A stretch of 64,000 nt of DNA from Candidatus Fervidifonticultor secundus (GTDB lineage Bacteria > Sysuimicrobiota > Sysuimicrobiia > Sysuimicrobiales > Humicultoraceae). Below, piece by piece: positions 11,177 through 20,914 of the stretch; positions within the stretch are counted from its first letter, which is position 1; every line of letters starts with the position of its first letter. The notes under the pieces were generated by a model. That model was not told where the DNA came from. It worked only from the letters and a program-made list of their open reading frames with translations, and made no database searches. A program made the translations under genes and the position numbers. The stretch covers positions 1 through 64,000 of the forward strand of contig JAVKIP010000009.1 in assembly GCA_031459385.1 (NCBI GenBank), in the 5' to 3' direction.

Positions 11177-11686
11177 TTACCGCCGCACCCGGCCCTCGGC
11201 CACCTGCCGGCGCACGTACTCGATGATGCCGCCGGCCTCGACCAGCCGGCGCATGAACTCGGGCAGCGGCGCCGCCTGGTGGGTCGTGCCCCTGGTCTCG
11301 TTGACGATGCGCCCGGTCTCGTTGTCCACGACCAGCACGTCGCCGCTCGCGGTCACCTCCGGCAGGTCCCGGCACTCGAGCAGGGGCAGCCCGATGTTGA
11401 AGGCGTTGCGGAAGAAGATGCGCGCGTAAGACTTGGCGATGACGCAGGCCACGCCCAGGCCCTTGATGGCGATCGGCGCGTGCTCGCGCGAGGAGCCCTG
11501 GCCGAAGTTCTCGCCGGCCACGATGAGATCGCCGGGCTGGATGCGGCCGGCCAGGGTGGGGTCCAGGTCTTCGAAGCAGTGGGGCGCCAGCGCCCGGGGG
11601 TCGGCGGTGACGAGGTAGCGCGCCGGGATGATCACGTCGGTGTCGATGTGGTCGCCCAGGCGCCACGCGGTGCCGCGGAACGTCAT
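11177..11686 (-). CDS. leuD: 3-isopropylmalate dehydratase small subunit
   Basis: [49 protein letters not shown] overlaps leuC stop. Confidence 0.93.
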   Translation of the reverse strand: MTFRGTAWRLGDHIDTDVIIPARYLVTADPRALAPHCFEDLDPTLAGRIQPGDLIVAGENFGQGSSREHAPIAIKGLGVACVIAKSYARIFFRNAFNIGLPLLECRDLPEVTASGDVLVVDNETGRIVNETRGTTHQAAPLPEFMRRLVEAGGIIEYVRRQVAEGRVRR

Positions 11687-12972
11687 GCCCCCACCCCCGC
11701 CGCGGTCTTCCCCAGCACCTCGTCGGGGTGCGCCAGCCGGCCCAGCACGGCGCTGGCCGCGGCCACCGCCGGCCCCGAGAGGTAGACCCTGCTCTCGCGA
11801 TGGCCCATGCGGCCCACGAAGTTGCGCGACGACGTCGAGACGCACACCTCGCCGGCGGCGAGCACCCCCATGTGCCCGCCGATGCACGGCCCGCAGGTGG
11901 ACGCGCTCACCACCGCGCCCGCGTCGAGGAAGATCTTGATGAGGCCCTCCTCCAGCGCCTGGCGGTAGATGGCCGGGGTCGCCGGGATCACCAGCATGCG
12001 CGTGCGCGGGTGCACGGTGCGGCCCTCCAGGAAGCGGGCGGCCACCCGCAGGTCGTCGAGCCGGCCGTTGGTGCAGGTGCCGAGGAAGACCTGATCCACG
12101 GGCACCCCCGCGGCCTCGCGCACCGGGACCACGTTGCCCGGCGATGACGGCGCCGAGACCACCGGCTCGAGGCGGCTGGTGTCGTACGCGACCACCCGCG
12201 TGTACTCGGCGTCGGCATCGGCGAAGACCGGGGTGAACGGCCGTCGCGCCCGGGGCCGCACCCAGTCCAGCACCACGTCGTCGGGCTCCATGATGCCGTT
12301 CTTCCCGCCAGCCTCCACCGCCATGTTGGTGATGCTGAAACGCTCGTCCATGGTCAGGTGGCGCAGCGCCTCGCCGGCAAACTCCATGGCACAGTAACGC
12401 GCGCCGTCCACGCCGATGTCGCCGATGATGCGCAGCACCAGGTCCTTGCCGGTCACCCAGGGCGCCGGCCGGCCGCGGAAGACGAAGCGCAGGGTCTCGG
12501 GCACGCGGAACCACAGGTACCCGGTGGCCATGACGGCGGCCAGGTCCGACGACCCCACGCCGGTGGCGAAGGCGCCCAGCGCGCCGTGGTTGCACGTATG
12601 GGAGTCGGCGCCGACGAAGACCTCGCCCGGCAGCACGAACCCCTGCTCGGCCAGCAGCACGTGGGCGATGCCCGCCCGGCCGACCTCGAAGTAGTGGGGC
12701 AGGCGGTGCCGGTGGGCGAACTCGCGCATGACCTTGCACTGCTCGGCCGAGGCGATGTCCTTGTTGGGCGCGTAGTGGTCGGGCACCATGGCGACCCGGT
12801 CGGGGTCGAACACCGTCTCGACGCCGGTCTTCTCGAACTCGCGGATCGCCAGCGGCGCGGTGATGTCGTTGGCGAAGCAGAAGTCGACCCGCGCCTCGAG
12901 CAGGTCGCCTGGCCGCACGCGCGGCAGCCCGGCGTGCGCCGCCAGGATCTTCTCGGTCAGGGTCATGCCCAT
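11683..12972 (-). CDS. leuC: 3-isopropylmalate dehydratase large subunit (short LeuC/HacA type)
   Basis: [41 protein letters not shown]. Confidence 0.93.
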   Translation of the reverse strand: MGMTLTEKILAAHAGLPRVRPGDLLEARVDFCFANDITAPLAIREFEKTGVETVFDPDRVAMVPDHYAPNKDIASAEQCKVMREFAHRHRLPHYFEVGRAGIAHVLLAEQGFVLPGEVFVGADSHTCNHGALGAFATGVGSSDLAAVMATGYLWFRVPETLRFVFRGRPAPWVTGKDLVLRIIGDIGVDGARYCAMEFAGEALRHLTMDERFSITNMAVEAGGKNGIMEPDDVVLDWVRPRARRPFTPVFADADAEYTRVVAYDTSRLEPVVSAPSSPGNVVPVREAAGVPVDQVFLGTCTNGRLDDLRVAARFLEGRTVHPRTRMLVIPATPAIYRQALEEGLIKIFLDAGAVVSASTCGPCIGGHMGVLAAGEVCVSTSSRNFVGRMGHRESRVYLSGPAVAAASAVLGRLAHPDEVLGKTAAGVGA

Positions 12973-14510
12973 GCCGGAGTCTCCGTCGGCTCGGCGGCCT
13001 CGCGGGCGGCGGCCAGCCGGTTAATGGCGTCCAGGTAGGCCCGCACGCTGGCCTCCAGGACGTCGGTGCTGCTGGCGCGGCCGGTGACCACCACGTCGCC
13101 CTCGCGGACCCGCACGGTGACCTCGCCCAGCGCGTCGGTGCCGCCGGTGACCGCCCGGATGGCGTAGTCGGCCAGCTGGGCCTGGGCACCGGTCAGCCGG
13201 TTCACCGCCGCGCACAGCGCGTCCACGGGGCCGTCGCCGGTGCCCGCCTCGGTCACCATCCCGGTGGGCGTCTGCAGGGTGACCGTGGCCGCCGGCGCCG
13301 AGGCGGTGCCGGTCGACACCTGGAAGGCCTTGAGGACGAAGCGGGCGGGCACGTCGTGGCGCACCTCCTCGTCCACCAGGGCCAGGATGTCCTCCAGAGT
13401 CACCTGCTTCTTGCGGTCGGCCACCTCCTTGAACCGCTGGAAGGCGCGGGCCAGCGCCTCCTCGTCGAGCCGGACCCCGTGGTCCTCCAGCGCCTTGCGA
13501 AAGGCATGGCGGCCCGAGTGCTTGCCCAGCACCAGGCGGTTGGTGGGCAGGCCGATGTCCTCCGGCCGCATGATCTCGTAGGTGGCCCGGTTCACCAGCA
13601 CGCCGTGCTGGTGGATGCCCGCCTCGTGGGCGAAGGCGTTCTCGCCCACCACGGCCTTGTTGGGCTGCACGGCCACTCCGGTGATGGCCACGAGCAGCCG
13701 GCTGGTGCGGTAGAGCTTGGTGGTATCCACGCGGGTCGTGATGCCGAAGACGTCGCGGCGCGTGCGCAGCGCCATGACGATCTCTTCGAGGGCCGCGTTG
13801 CCCGCTCGCTCGCCGATGCCGTTGATGGTGCACTCCACCTGGCGCGCGCCTGCGCCCACGCCGGCCAGGGAGTTGGCGACGGCCAGGCCCAGGTCGTTGT
13901 GGCAGTGGACGCTCCAGACGACCCGGTCGCTGGCGGGAATGCGCTCGCGCAGGGTCTGGAACAGGGCGGCGTACTCGCCCGGGGTCGTGTAGCCCACGGT
14001 GTCGGGCACGTTGATGGTGGTGGCGCCCGCCTGGATCGCCACGTCGAAGATGCGGCACAGGAAGTCGATCTCGGAGCGGGTGGCGTCTTCGGCCGAGAAC
14101 TCCACGTCGTCGCAGAAGCGGCGGGCCTGCCGCACGGCCGCCTCGGCCGCGGCCACCACCTCGTCGGGGCGCATGCGGAGCTTGTCGCGCATGTGGATGG
14201 GCGAAGTCGCGATGAAGACGTGCACCCGGGGCCGTGCCGCCGGCCGCAGCGCCTCGATGGCCGCCTCGACGTCCCGGGGGTTGGCGCGCGCCAGGCCGGC
14301 GACGGTCACCTGGCGGAGCTCGCGCGCGATGGTCCGCACCCCCTCCAGGTCGCCCGGCGAGGAGATGGGGAAGCCCGCCTCGATGACGTCCACGCGCAGC
14401 GCCTCGAGCTGGCGGGCGAGCTCGAGCTTCTCGGCGGGGGTCATGGAGAAGCCCGGGGACTGCTCGCCGTCCCGCAGGGTCGTGTCGAAGATGCGCACGT
14501 GGTCGTCCAT
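12963..14510 (-). CDS. leuA: 2-isopropylmalate synthase
   Basis: [64 protein letters not shown], regulatory-domain GDGPVDA. Confidence 0.95.
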   Translation of the reverse strand: MDDHVRIFDTTLRDGEQSPGFSMTPAEKLELARQLEALRVDVIEAGFPISSPGDLEGVRTIARELRQVTVAGLARANPRDVEAAIEALRPAARPRVHVFIATSPIHMRDKLRMRPDEVVAAAEAAVRQARRFCDDVEFSAEDATRSEIDFLCRIFDVAIQAGATTINVPDTVGYTTPGEYAALFQTLRERIPASDRVVWSVHCHNDLGLAVANSLAGVGAGARQVECTINGIGERAGNAALEEIVMALRTRRDVFGITTRVDTTKLYRTSRLLVAITGVAVQPNKAVVGENAFAHEAGIHQHGVLVNRATYEIMRPEDIGLPTNRLVLGKHSGRHAFRKALEDHGVRLDEEALARAFQRFKEVADRKKQVTLEDILALVDEEVRHDVPARFVLKAFQVSTGTASAPAATVTLQTPTGMVTEAGTGDGPVDALCAAVNRLTGAQAQLADYAIRAVTGGTDALGEVTVRVREGDVVVTGRASSTDVLEASVRAYLDAINRLAAAREAAEPTETPAWA

Positions 14511-14560
14511 CCCTTTCGCCTCCCGGTCGACCCGGTCCGCCTCCGGCTCGTGGCCGGCGG

Positions 14561-15058
14561 CTACGTGTTCTGCGGGCCGCGCACCAGCGTCACCTGGCCG
14601 GTGCGGGCCATCTCGCGGATCCCGTACTTCTTGAGCAGGTCGATGATCGCGTCGATCTTCTCGCTGCGCCCGGTGACCTCCAGCGTCAGCGTCCGGTCGG
14701 TCAGGTCGACGACGCTGGCGCGGAAGACGTTGGCGATCTCCATGATCTCCAGGCGGGTGCCGGGCGTGACGTTCACCTTCACCAGCGCCAGCTCCCGGTC
14801 GACCGTCGGGGTGCTGTCGACGGCCGTGGCCCGCAGCACCTCCACCAGCTTCCGCAGTTGCTTGGCGAACGACTCGGTGCGTTCCGGCGGCGTGTCCACG
14901 ACGATCGTCATGCGCGAGACCGACGGGTCCTCGGTCGGCCCTACCGAGAGGCTGTGGATGTTGACCCCGCGCCGGCGGATCAGGCCGGCGACCCGCACCA
15001 GCACCCCGGGCACGTTCTGCACCAGGACCGAAATCGTCGCCGCGTGGGGCTCGCTCAT
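14561..15058 (-). CDS. ilvN: Acetolactate synthase small (regulatory) subunit
   Basis: [55 protein letters not shown]. Confidence 0.93.
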   Translation of the reverse strand: MSEPHAATISVLVQNVPGVLVRVAGLIRRRGVNIHSLSVGPTEDPSVSRMTIVVDTPPERTESFAKQLRKLVEVLRATAVDSTPTVDRELALVKVNVTPGTRLEIMEIANVFRASVVDLTDRTLTLEVTGRSEKIDAIIDLLKKYGIREMARTGQVTLVRGPQNT

Positions 15059-15093
15059 GGCCGGTCGCCTCGCCGCATCCCGCCGTCCGCCCC

Positions 15094-16605
15094 CTAGCGC
15101 ACCGCGATGTCCACGGGCGGTCGCATGGCGGCCAGCCGGGCCAGCACCTCGTGGATCGGGTGGTCCCGGAACGCCGCCACCAGCGCGGGGTCGGCCGGCT
15201 GCGCCTCGGCCCTCGGATAAGCGATCTGGCTGAGCAGCGCCTCGAAGCGCGGTCCCCACTTGCGCGTGCCCAGCCGGGCCGTGGTCGAGCAGTTGTCGAC
15301 CATATAGGCCACGCCGCGCGCGTGCATGTACGGCAGGAGCGAGTCCACGGCCTCGATGACCGACTCGTTGGCGATCTCGGAGTAGGGGTGCCCGCGCTCG
15401 ACCAGCAGGTCGATTTGGGCCATCATCGTCCCCAGGAACGTGCCGGCGGTGAACGCGTGCACCTCGGCGCCGGCACGCCCGCGCGCGGCGCGCACCTCGG
15501 CGCCCACCTTCCACATGCCGCTGCCCTCGATGGACGGCATGGGGTAGTCCCGCAGCCGCCGGGTGGCCATGACGACGCTGCGCAGCTCGTTGCCCGAGGC
15601 CACCTCGTCGTAGATCTCGACCAGCAGGGGCCGCACCACCGTGTAGGCGGCCGCGTAGGCGCGTTCGAACTCCTCGCGCTCGGCCGGCGCCAGCCGCTCG
15701 TAGACCGCGCGCAGGCCGCCTCGGGAGATGGCGGTGGCGATGGGGCCCGTGATGCTCTCGCACGCGTGCACGAACGCCTCCTGGGGTGCGTAGCCCCGGG
15801 CGACGTAGTGTCGGTACAGGCTCTCGACGACGCCCCAGACCGCACCCAGCAGGATCGCCCGCTCGCCGAAGATGTCGGAGAGGTACTCGCTCCGCAGCGT
15901 GGTCTTGAACGTATACGGTGCGCCCAGGCCCACCGACCAGGCCAGCGCGATGTCGGTGGCCCGCCCGTCGACGTCCTGCTCCACCGCGAACGACGTGTTG
16001 ATCCCGGCACCGTTGATCTCGCGGCCCTGCTCGTACAGCCGGCGGACCGACGGGCCCATCCCCTTGGGGCAGACCCCGATGACGTTGACGTGCGGTGGCC
16101 AGGTCTCCCCCACGGTGGTCAGATAGCCAAGCAGGAACCCGTGCGAGAGGCCCAGGGTCGCACCGGGCCGGAGCGCGTGGAAGACGCGCGGGTACAGGTC
16201 GGCCTGGGCGGCGTCGGCGATGAGCAGCAAGACCAGCTCGGATCGGGCGATGACGTCGAACATCTCGCCCAGCGTGCCGTCGGCGTCGGTGAACCCCGCC
16301 TGGCGGGCGGCATCCCACGACGGCGACCCGTCGCGCAGGCCTACCACCACGCGGATCGGCGTGCCGGCCAGCGACTCGCGCAGGTTCATGGCCTGGGCCG
16401 GAGCCTGCGACCCCCACCCGATCACACCGATGGTCCGGATGCCCTCCAGCGCCCGGGGCAGCAGCGGGAAGAGGTGCCGGCCGCCCCGCACGAACGACTC
16501 GCGTCGGCCGGCGAGCTCGAGGGTCTCGACGGGAAAGATCCTGGAGGTGAACGTGTTGTCGACCGCGGCGCCGGGGGCGCCGGGCGCCGCCACGGCCTCA
16601 CTCAT
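15094..16605 (-). CDS. ilvC: Ketol-acid reductoisomerase, long class II plant-like form (503 aa)
   Basis: [83 protein letters not shown]. Confidence 0.92.
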   Translation of the reverse strand: MSEAVAAPGAPGAAVDNTFTSRIFPVETLELAGRRESFVRGGRHLFPLLPRALEGIRTIGVIGWGSQAPAQAMNLRESLAGTPIRVVVGLRDGSPSWDAARQAGFTDADGTLGEMFDVIARSELVLLLIADAAQADLYPRVFHALRPGATLGLSHGFLLGYLTTVGETWPPHVNVIGVCPKGMGPSVRRLYEQGREINGAGINTSFAVEQDVDGRATDIALAWSVGLGAPYTFKTTLRSEYLSDIFGERAILLGAVWGVVESLYRHYVARGYAPQEAFVHACESITGPIATAISRGGLRAVYERLAPAEREEFERAYAAAYTVVRPLLVEIYDEVASGNELRSVVMATRRLRDYPMPSIEGSGMWKVGAEVRAARGRAGAEVHAFTAGTFLGTMMAQIDLLVERGHPYSEIANESVIEAVDSLLPYMHARGVAYMVDNCSTTARLGTRKWGPRFEALLSQIAYPRAEAQPADPALVAAFRDHPIHEVLARLAAMRPPVDIAVR

Positions 16606-18337
16606 CGATGATGATCTCCTTGACGGACTGCCCCGAGGGGATCATGGGCAGGCAGTTCTCCTCGGGGTCGCACAGGATGTCGACCACGCAGGGGCGCCCC
16701 TCGGTGGCCAGCGCCTCGCGCAGGGCCGGCTCCACGTCCTCGGGCCGCTCGACGCGGATGCCGCGGCAGTGGAACACCTCGGCCAGCCTGGCGAAGTCGG
16801 GGTTGCGCAACAGCGACGCCGAGAAGCGGTTGCGGTAGAAGAACGACTGCCACTGCCGCACCATGCCCAGGGCGTTGTTGTTGAGCACGATCACCGGCAG
16901 GCTCAGGCCACTCTCGGCGGCGGTGATCAGGTCCTGCAGCGTCATCAGGAACCCGCCGTCGCCTACCACGGCGATCACCTGGCGGTCGGGGACGGCGAAC
17001 TTGGCGCCCATGGCCGCCGGGAAGCCGAAGCCCATGGCCCCCAGGCCCCCGGAAGTGATGAACTGCCGGGGCCCGCGCGGTCGGTACCACTGGGCCATCC
17101 ACATCTGGTGCTGGCCCACGTCGGTGGTGACGACGGCCCGGCCCTCGGTGAGCCGATTGAGCAGGTCGCAGACGTACTGGTGGCTGATCACGCCGTCCTT
17201 CTGCCGGTAGCGGAAGGGGTAGCGCGCGCGCCATTCGTCGATCTGCTTCCACCAGGCGCCGATCTGCGGGGCGCGCGCCTTCTCCACCAGCGCGGCCAGC
17301 ACCCGCCGGGCGTCGCCCACGATGGGGATGTGGGCCGGCTTGTTCTTCCCGATCTCGGCTGGATCGATGTCGATGTGGATGAAGCGTGCCCGGGGGGCGA
17401 AGTCCTTGAGCCGCCCGGTCACCCGGTCGTCGAAGCGCACGCCCACCGCCAGGATCACGTCGGCGTCGTTGATGGCGTAGTTGGCGTAGACGCTGCCGTG
17501 CATCCCGAGCATGCCCAGGCACAGCGGGTGTGTCTCGTCCACGGCGCCCTTGCCCATCAGCGTCAGCGCCACGGGGATGCGGGTCTTCTCCATCAAGGCC
17601 GTCAGCTCGGCGGTGGCGTCGCTGCTGATGATGCCGCCTCCCGCGTAGATGATGGGCCGCTCGGCCGCCGCCAGGGCCTCGACCGCCGCGGCGATCTGGT
17701 TGGGGCTGCCCTCCAGCACCGGCCGGTAGCCAGGGACGGTCACCTCGTCGGGAAACTCGACCTCCGCCGTCTCCTGGGAGACGTCGCGCGGGATGTCGAC
17801 CAGCACCGGGCCAGGCCGGCCGGTGCGCGCCAGGTAGAACGCCTGTTTGACGACGCGCGGAATGTCCGCCGCCTGGAGCACCAGCGTGTTCCACTTGGTG
17901 ATGGGCATGGTGATGCCGGTCACGTCGGCTTCCTGGAAGGCGTCGTTGCCGATCACCGGCCGCGGGACCTGGCCCGTGATGGCCACGATCGGCGCCGAGT
18001 CCATCATGGCGTCGGTGATACCGGTGACCAGGTTGGTGGCCCCCGGGCCCGAGGTCGCAGTGCACACGCCGACCCGGCCCGAGGCGCGGGCGTACCCGAC
18101 CGCCGCGTGCGCGGCCACCTGCTCGTGGCGGACCAGGACGTGGCGGATGTCGCGGGCGTCGTAGAGCGCGTCGTAGATCGGCAGCGACGCGCCGCCCGGA
18201 TGCCCGAAGAGGATCTCGACACCCTCACGGCGCAGCGCCTCTACCAGCGCCTGTGCCCCGGTCATCCCGGTCATCGGGCGGCGAGCCGGCTGGGGGGCCG
18301 GGCGCGCCGTACGCGGAGCCGTCATCTGTCGAGCCAT
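16598..18337 (-). CDS. ilvB: Acetolactate synthase large subunit, biosynthetic type
   Basis: FGHPGGA.LP, RHEQ.A.HAA.GYAR, TSGPGATN, GRPGPVL.DIP, GMLGMHG, TDVGQHQMW, SGGLGAMGFG, GDGGF.M, LGMVRQWQ; AGGAGG RBS. Confidence 0.95.
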   Translation of the reverse strand: MARQMTAPRTARPAPQPARRPMTGMTGAQALVEALRREGVEILFGHPGGASLPIYDALYDARDIRHVLVRHEQVAAHAAVGYARASGRVGVCTATSGPGATNLVTGITDAMMDSAPIVAITGQVPRPVIGNDAFQEADVTGITMPITKWNTLVLQAADIPRVVKQAFYLARTGRPGPVLVDIPRDVSQETAEVEFPDEVTVPGYRPVLEGSPNQIAAAVEALAAAERPIIYAGGGIISSDATAELTALMEKTRIPVALTLMGKGAVDETHPLCLGMLGMHGSVYANYAINDADVILAVGVRFDDRVTGRLKDFAPRARFIHIDIDPAEIGKNKPAHIPIVGDARRVLAALVEKARAPQIGAWWKQIDEWRARYPFRYRQKDGVISHQYVCDLLNRLTEGRAVVTTDVGQHQMWMAQWYRPRGPRQFITSGGLGAMGFGFPAAMGAKFAVPDRQVIAVVGDGGFLMTLQDLITAAESGLSLPVIVLNNNALGMVRQWQSFFYRNRFSASLLRNPDFARLAEVFHCRGIRVERPEDVEPALREALATEGRPCVVDILCDPEENCLPMIPSGQSVKEIIIDE

Positions 18338-18386
18338 CGTCTGCCTCCTGATCGCCCGCGTGGCCGCCGGGACTGCACGGCCTCTG

Positions 18387-18643
18387 AAAAACAGATGCGG
18401 GGCGCACCCTAAGGACGGATGCGACCCGCGGTACCACCTTAGTTCCCTCCGGCGACACGGCCGGAAGGCACTCAAGACCCGTAACGAGGGCGGCCGGCGG
18501 GTCCTACTGGCCGGCGGCGCTGGCAGCCGGCGTTCGTACCCGCAGCTTCGGGGCGAGATCGGTCAGGGGGCGGGAACCGGCTCGCACCGGATCCGGCTCG
18601 CTCCCTCCCGCGAGCCCTACCGACATGTCCCCTTCATGGCCTG
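18387..18643 (-). ncRNA. T-box riboswitch, Leu (CUC) specifier, with intrinsic terminator
   Basis: T-box AAGGTGGTACCGCG (18427-18440) pairing with CGTCCTT; Stem I GCCATGAAGGGG...GGTGCGA...GAT-CTC-G-CCCCGAAGC; terminator GGGTGCG/CGCATCT followed by TTTTT. Confidence 0.9.
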
Positions 18644-18744
18644 CGCACGGCACTGGGGCAACGCGCCGTTGGCGTGTCGCCCGGACGATGAGGAGTTGAA
18701 GAAATCCGCTACGGCCGTGCTGTCGTGCTTTGAAGTTACCGCTC

Positions 18745-18773
18745 ATGCTACCCAGGGGGGCCCGCCTTGTCAA
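18745..18773 (-). promoter_or_regulatory. sigma70 promoter of the ilv-leu operon
   Basis: TTGACA-17 bp-TAGCAT upstream of the T-box leader. Confidence 0.75.
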
Positions 18774-18776
18774 GCC

Positions 18777-18835
18777 CTCGCCGGCTGTCGTGCCGGACTC
18801 GCGGGCTGTGGCGCCGGACTCGCCGGCTGTAGGCG
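18777..18835. repeat. Imperfect 21-bp tandem repeat, ~3 copies
   Basis: ctcgccggctgtcgtgccgga / ctcgcgggctgtggcgccgga / ctcgccggctgtaggcg. Confidence 0.7.
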
Positions 18836-18849
18836 CGGGGCCCGCGCGG

Positions 18850-19284
18850 CAGGGCGGCTTCACTGCCAGGAACCGCAGCCGCACGTAGTCCACGGTCCAG
18901 CGGCCCGCATGGTACAGGCGCGACCGCGTCCGCGCCGTCACTTCCTCTATATAGGCGGCCCGCGCGGCCGGCGGGACGGCGTCCAGGTACGCCTGGGCGA
19001 ACGTTTCGAGCCACGCGCCGAGCTCCCCGGGCAGCTGGGTCGGGCGCTCGAGCAGGGAAGCGTGGACGACGGCGAAGCCGCGGGCCGTCAGCCGCGCCGG
19101 TACTCCTCGGCCGCAGGGAAGTACCAGGGCCAGTTGCGCGGTCAGCGCGCCGTCGCCGCAGCCCAGATTCGAGGACCCGCTGGCCGGGCCGGGGCGCCAG
19201 CAACTCCACCACGGGCGCGCCCAGGTCGGAGACGAACCGGGCGTGGCGCGCGTAGCGCTCGGGGTCCCAGACGTGCGGCGGCAT
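18850..19284 (-). pseudogene. Class I SAM-dependent methyltransferase (Tam-like) pseudogene
   Basis: WDPERYARHARFVSDLG..VELL.P.PG.RVL, then +1 shift to LGCGDGALT, then a jump to PWYFP..EEY...RPT.LPG...WLETF...W..DYVRLRF in another frame; middle of the protein is missing. Confidence 0.8.
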
Positions 19285-19299
19285 GGCGCCGGCGCAGGG

Positions 19300-20070
19300 T
19301 CAGACGGCGGTCCAGCCGCCGTCTACCACCACCGCGGCGCCGGTCATGAACGACGACTCGTCCGAGGCCAGGAAGAGCGCGACCTGCGCCACCTCGCGCG
19401 CCTCGCCGAACCGCGCCATCGGCGTCAGGTCGATGACGCGCTGGGCCCGCGCCGGATCGCGGTAGAACGGCTCCATCATGGCGGTGCGGATCTGCCCCGG
19501 GCACAGGCAGTTCACCCGCACGCGCTGGGGCGCGTACTCCACCGCCAGGTTGCGGGCCAGCCCCAGCAGCGCCGCCTTGGAGGCCACGTAGGCGTGGTTG
19601 TGGGCGCGGTGGGCGACCAGCGCGCCCACCGAGGCGGTGATGATCACCGCGCCGCCGCCGGCCTTGGCGATCTCTGGAATCGCGTAGCGGCAGCCGAGGA
19701 AGACGCCGGTGAGGTTCACCGCCAGGATCCGCTGCCAGGTCTCGAGGCTGATACGCTCGAGCCCCACGTCGCCGCCGTCCGGCCGGCGGTCGACGATGCC
19801 GGCGTTGGCGTAGAAGACCTGCAGCCGGCCGTAGCGCGCCACGGCCGCGTCCACCATCGCCCGGTTGTCCTCGGGCACCGCCACGTCGCAGCGGACCGCC
19901 AGCGCCTCGCCGCCCGCTGCCCGGATCGCCCGCGCGGTCTCCTGCGCGGCGTCGTCGTGCAGGTCGGCCACGACCACGCTGGCCCCTTCGGCGGCGAAGA
20001 GCAGCGCGGCCTCGCGCCCCATGCCGGCGCCGGCCCCGGTGATCAGCGCGACCTTGCCGGCCAGCCGCAT
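19300..20070 (-). CDS. SDR family oxidoreductase (candidate cis-dihydrodiol dehydrogenase)
   Basis: TGAGAGMG, NAGI, Y-x3-K (YVASK), VRVNCLCPG, MTGA..VVDGG. Confidence 0.9.
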   Translation of the reverse strand: MRLAGKVALITGAGAGMGREAALLFAAEGASVVVADLHDDAAQETARAIRAAGGEALAVRCDVAVPEDNRAMVDAAVARYGRLQVFYANAGIVDRRPDGGDVGLERISLETWQRILAVNLTGVFLGCRYAIPEIAKAGGGAVIITASVGALVAHRAHNHAYVASKAALLGLARNLAVEYAPQRVRVNCLCPGQIRTAMMEPFYRDPARAQRVIDLTPMARFGEAREVAQVALFLASDESSFMTGAAVVVDGGWTAV

Positions 20071-20092
20071 CGCCCGCCTCGCTGCCGCGGCC

Positions 20093-20362
20093 TCACCCGC
20101 CGGCGGGATGCCCGCCGTCGGGCGGCCGGGCCGCGGGGCCGAACGGCGTCGGGCCGAAGGGCGTCTCCAGGAAGCGCGTGAAAGTGTCCATCGGCTGCCA
20201 GGTGAGGCTCTCCAGGGCCAGCGCGTCCAGCCGGATCCAGTAGCCCAGGCGGGGCGAAGCGATCTCCAGCCGCTCGCCGTTGCGCGTCCAGACCTTGCGC
20301 ACGCGCACGGTGGCGAACTCGTTGGTGATCTCGATCGGGTGCTCGTCGGGTCGTGCCGTCAT
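20093..20362 (-). CDS. Small conserved dioxygenase-cluster protein (PhtU-like)
   Basis: NEFA.V.V.KV.TRNG.RL.I.SP..G..I.LD.L.LE.LTWQ resembles small ORFs beside actinobacterial ring-hydroxylating dioxygenases (recalled family resemblance). Confidence 0.7.
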   Translation of the reverse strand: MTARPDEHPIEITNEFATVRVRKVWTRNGERLEIASPRLGYWIRLDALALESLTWQPMDTFTRFLETPFGPTPFGPAARPPDGGHPAGG

Positions 20363-20383
20363 GGTCGGGCCCTCGGGGCATCC

Positions 20384-20914
20384 TCACACGAAGAACGAGA
20401 GGTTCTGGGTGCCCAGCGCTGCCTGGTCGACGACGAACTCGCGGCGCGCCAGCTTCCAGCCGCCGTGCTCGCGGCGCAGGACGTCGTGGCGCTCTCCCGA
20501 CAGCAGCTCGGCCTGCGGGCTGTCGCCGCGGTTGCGGTAGATCAGCACGTACGAGCGTACGTGCACCTCGGCCGGGGTCGCGCCCGGGGAAACCCGGACG
20601 TTGGAGATGAAGTGCCGGGTGCGCGAGGGCGGGTCCTCGGCCCAGGCGAAGTCGGTGCGCAGGCGCCGCACCCGCAGCTCGAGCGTCGCGCGGTCGTCCC
20701 AGAAGTACTGCATCTCGCGCGAGACGTCGGTGGGCCCGCCCCGCTCGCGGGTCAGCCGCAGCGGCATCAGGTACTGGACGTCGTCGGTGAGCAGGGCGAG
20801 CCACTCCTCCAGCCGCCCGGCGTCCACCAGCGCCGCTTCCTCGTAGAGGAACTCCGCCACCTCCTCGCGCAGGGCTCCCCCGCGCGCGCCTTCCGGCTCT
20901 CTCGCCACGGTCAT
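20384..20914 (-). CDS. Aromatic ring-hydroxylating dioxygenase beta subunit
   Basis: FLYEEA.L.D...L.EWL.LL..D..Y.MP, WAEDPPSRTRHFISNV, GER.D.LR, L..R...DQ..L...NLS.F. Confidence 0.93.
   Translation of the reverse strand: MTVAREPEGARGGALREEVAEFLYEEAALVDAGRLEEWLALLTDDVQYLMPLRLTRERGGPTDVSREMQYFWDDRATLELRVRRLRTDFAWAEDPPSRTRHFISNVRVSPGATPAEVHVRSYVLIYRNRGDSPQAELLSGERHDVLRREHGGWKLARREFVVDQAALGTQNLSFFV

Noticed and set aside
18504..18746. Possible Leu/Ile/Val leader peptide (MSGNFK...FLQLLIVR) for ribosome-mediated attenuation
   Set aside because: Its ATG lies within the predicted -10 box, there is no SD, and a complete T-box already explains the leader
18777..18835. CRISPR interpretation of short repeats here and at 32648-32684 and 33573-33646
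   Set aside because: Only 2-3 copies, no unique spacers of CRISPR length, no cas genes in the window
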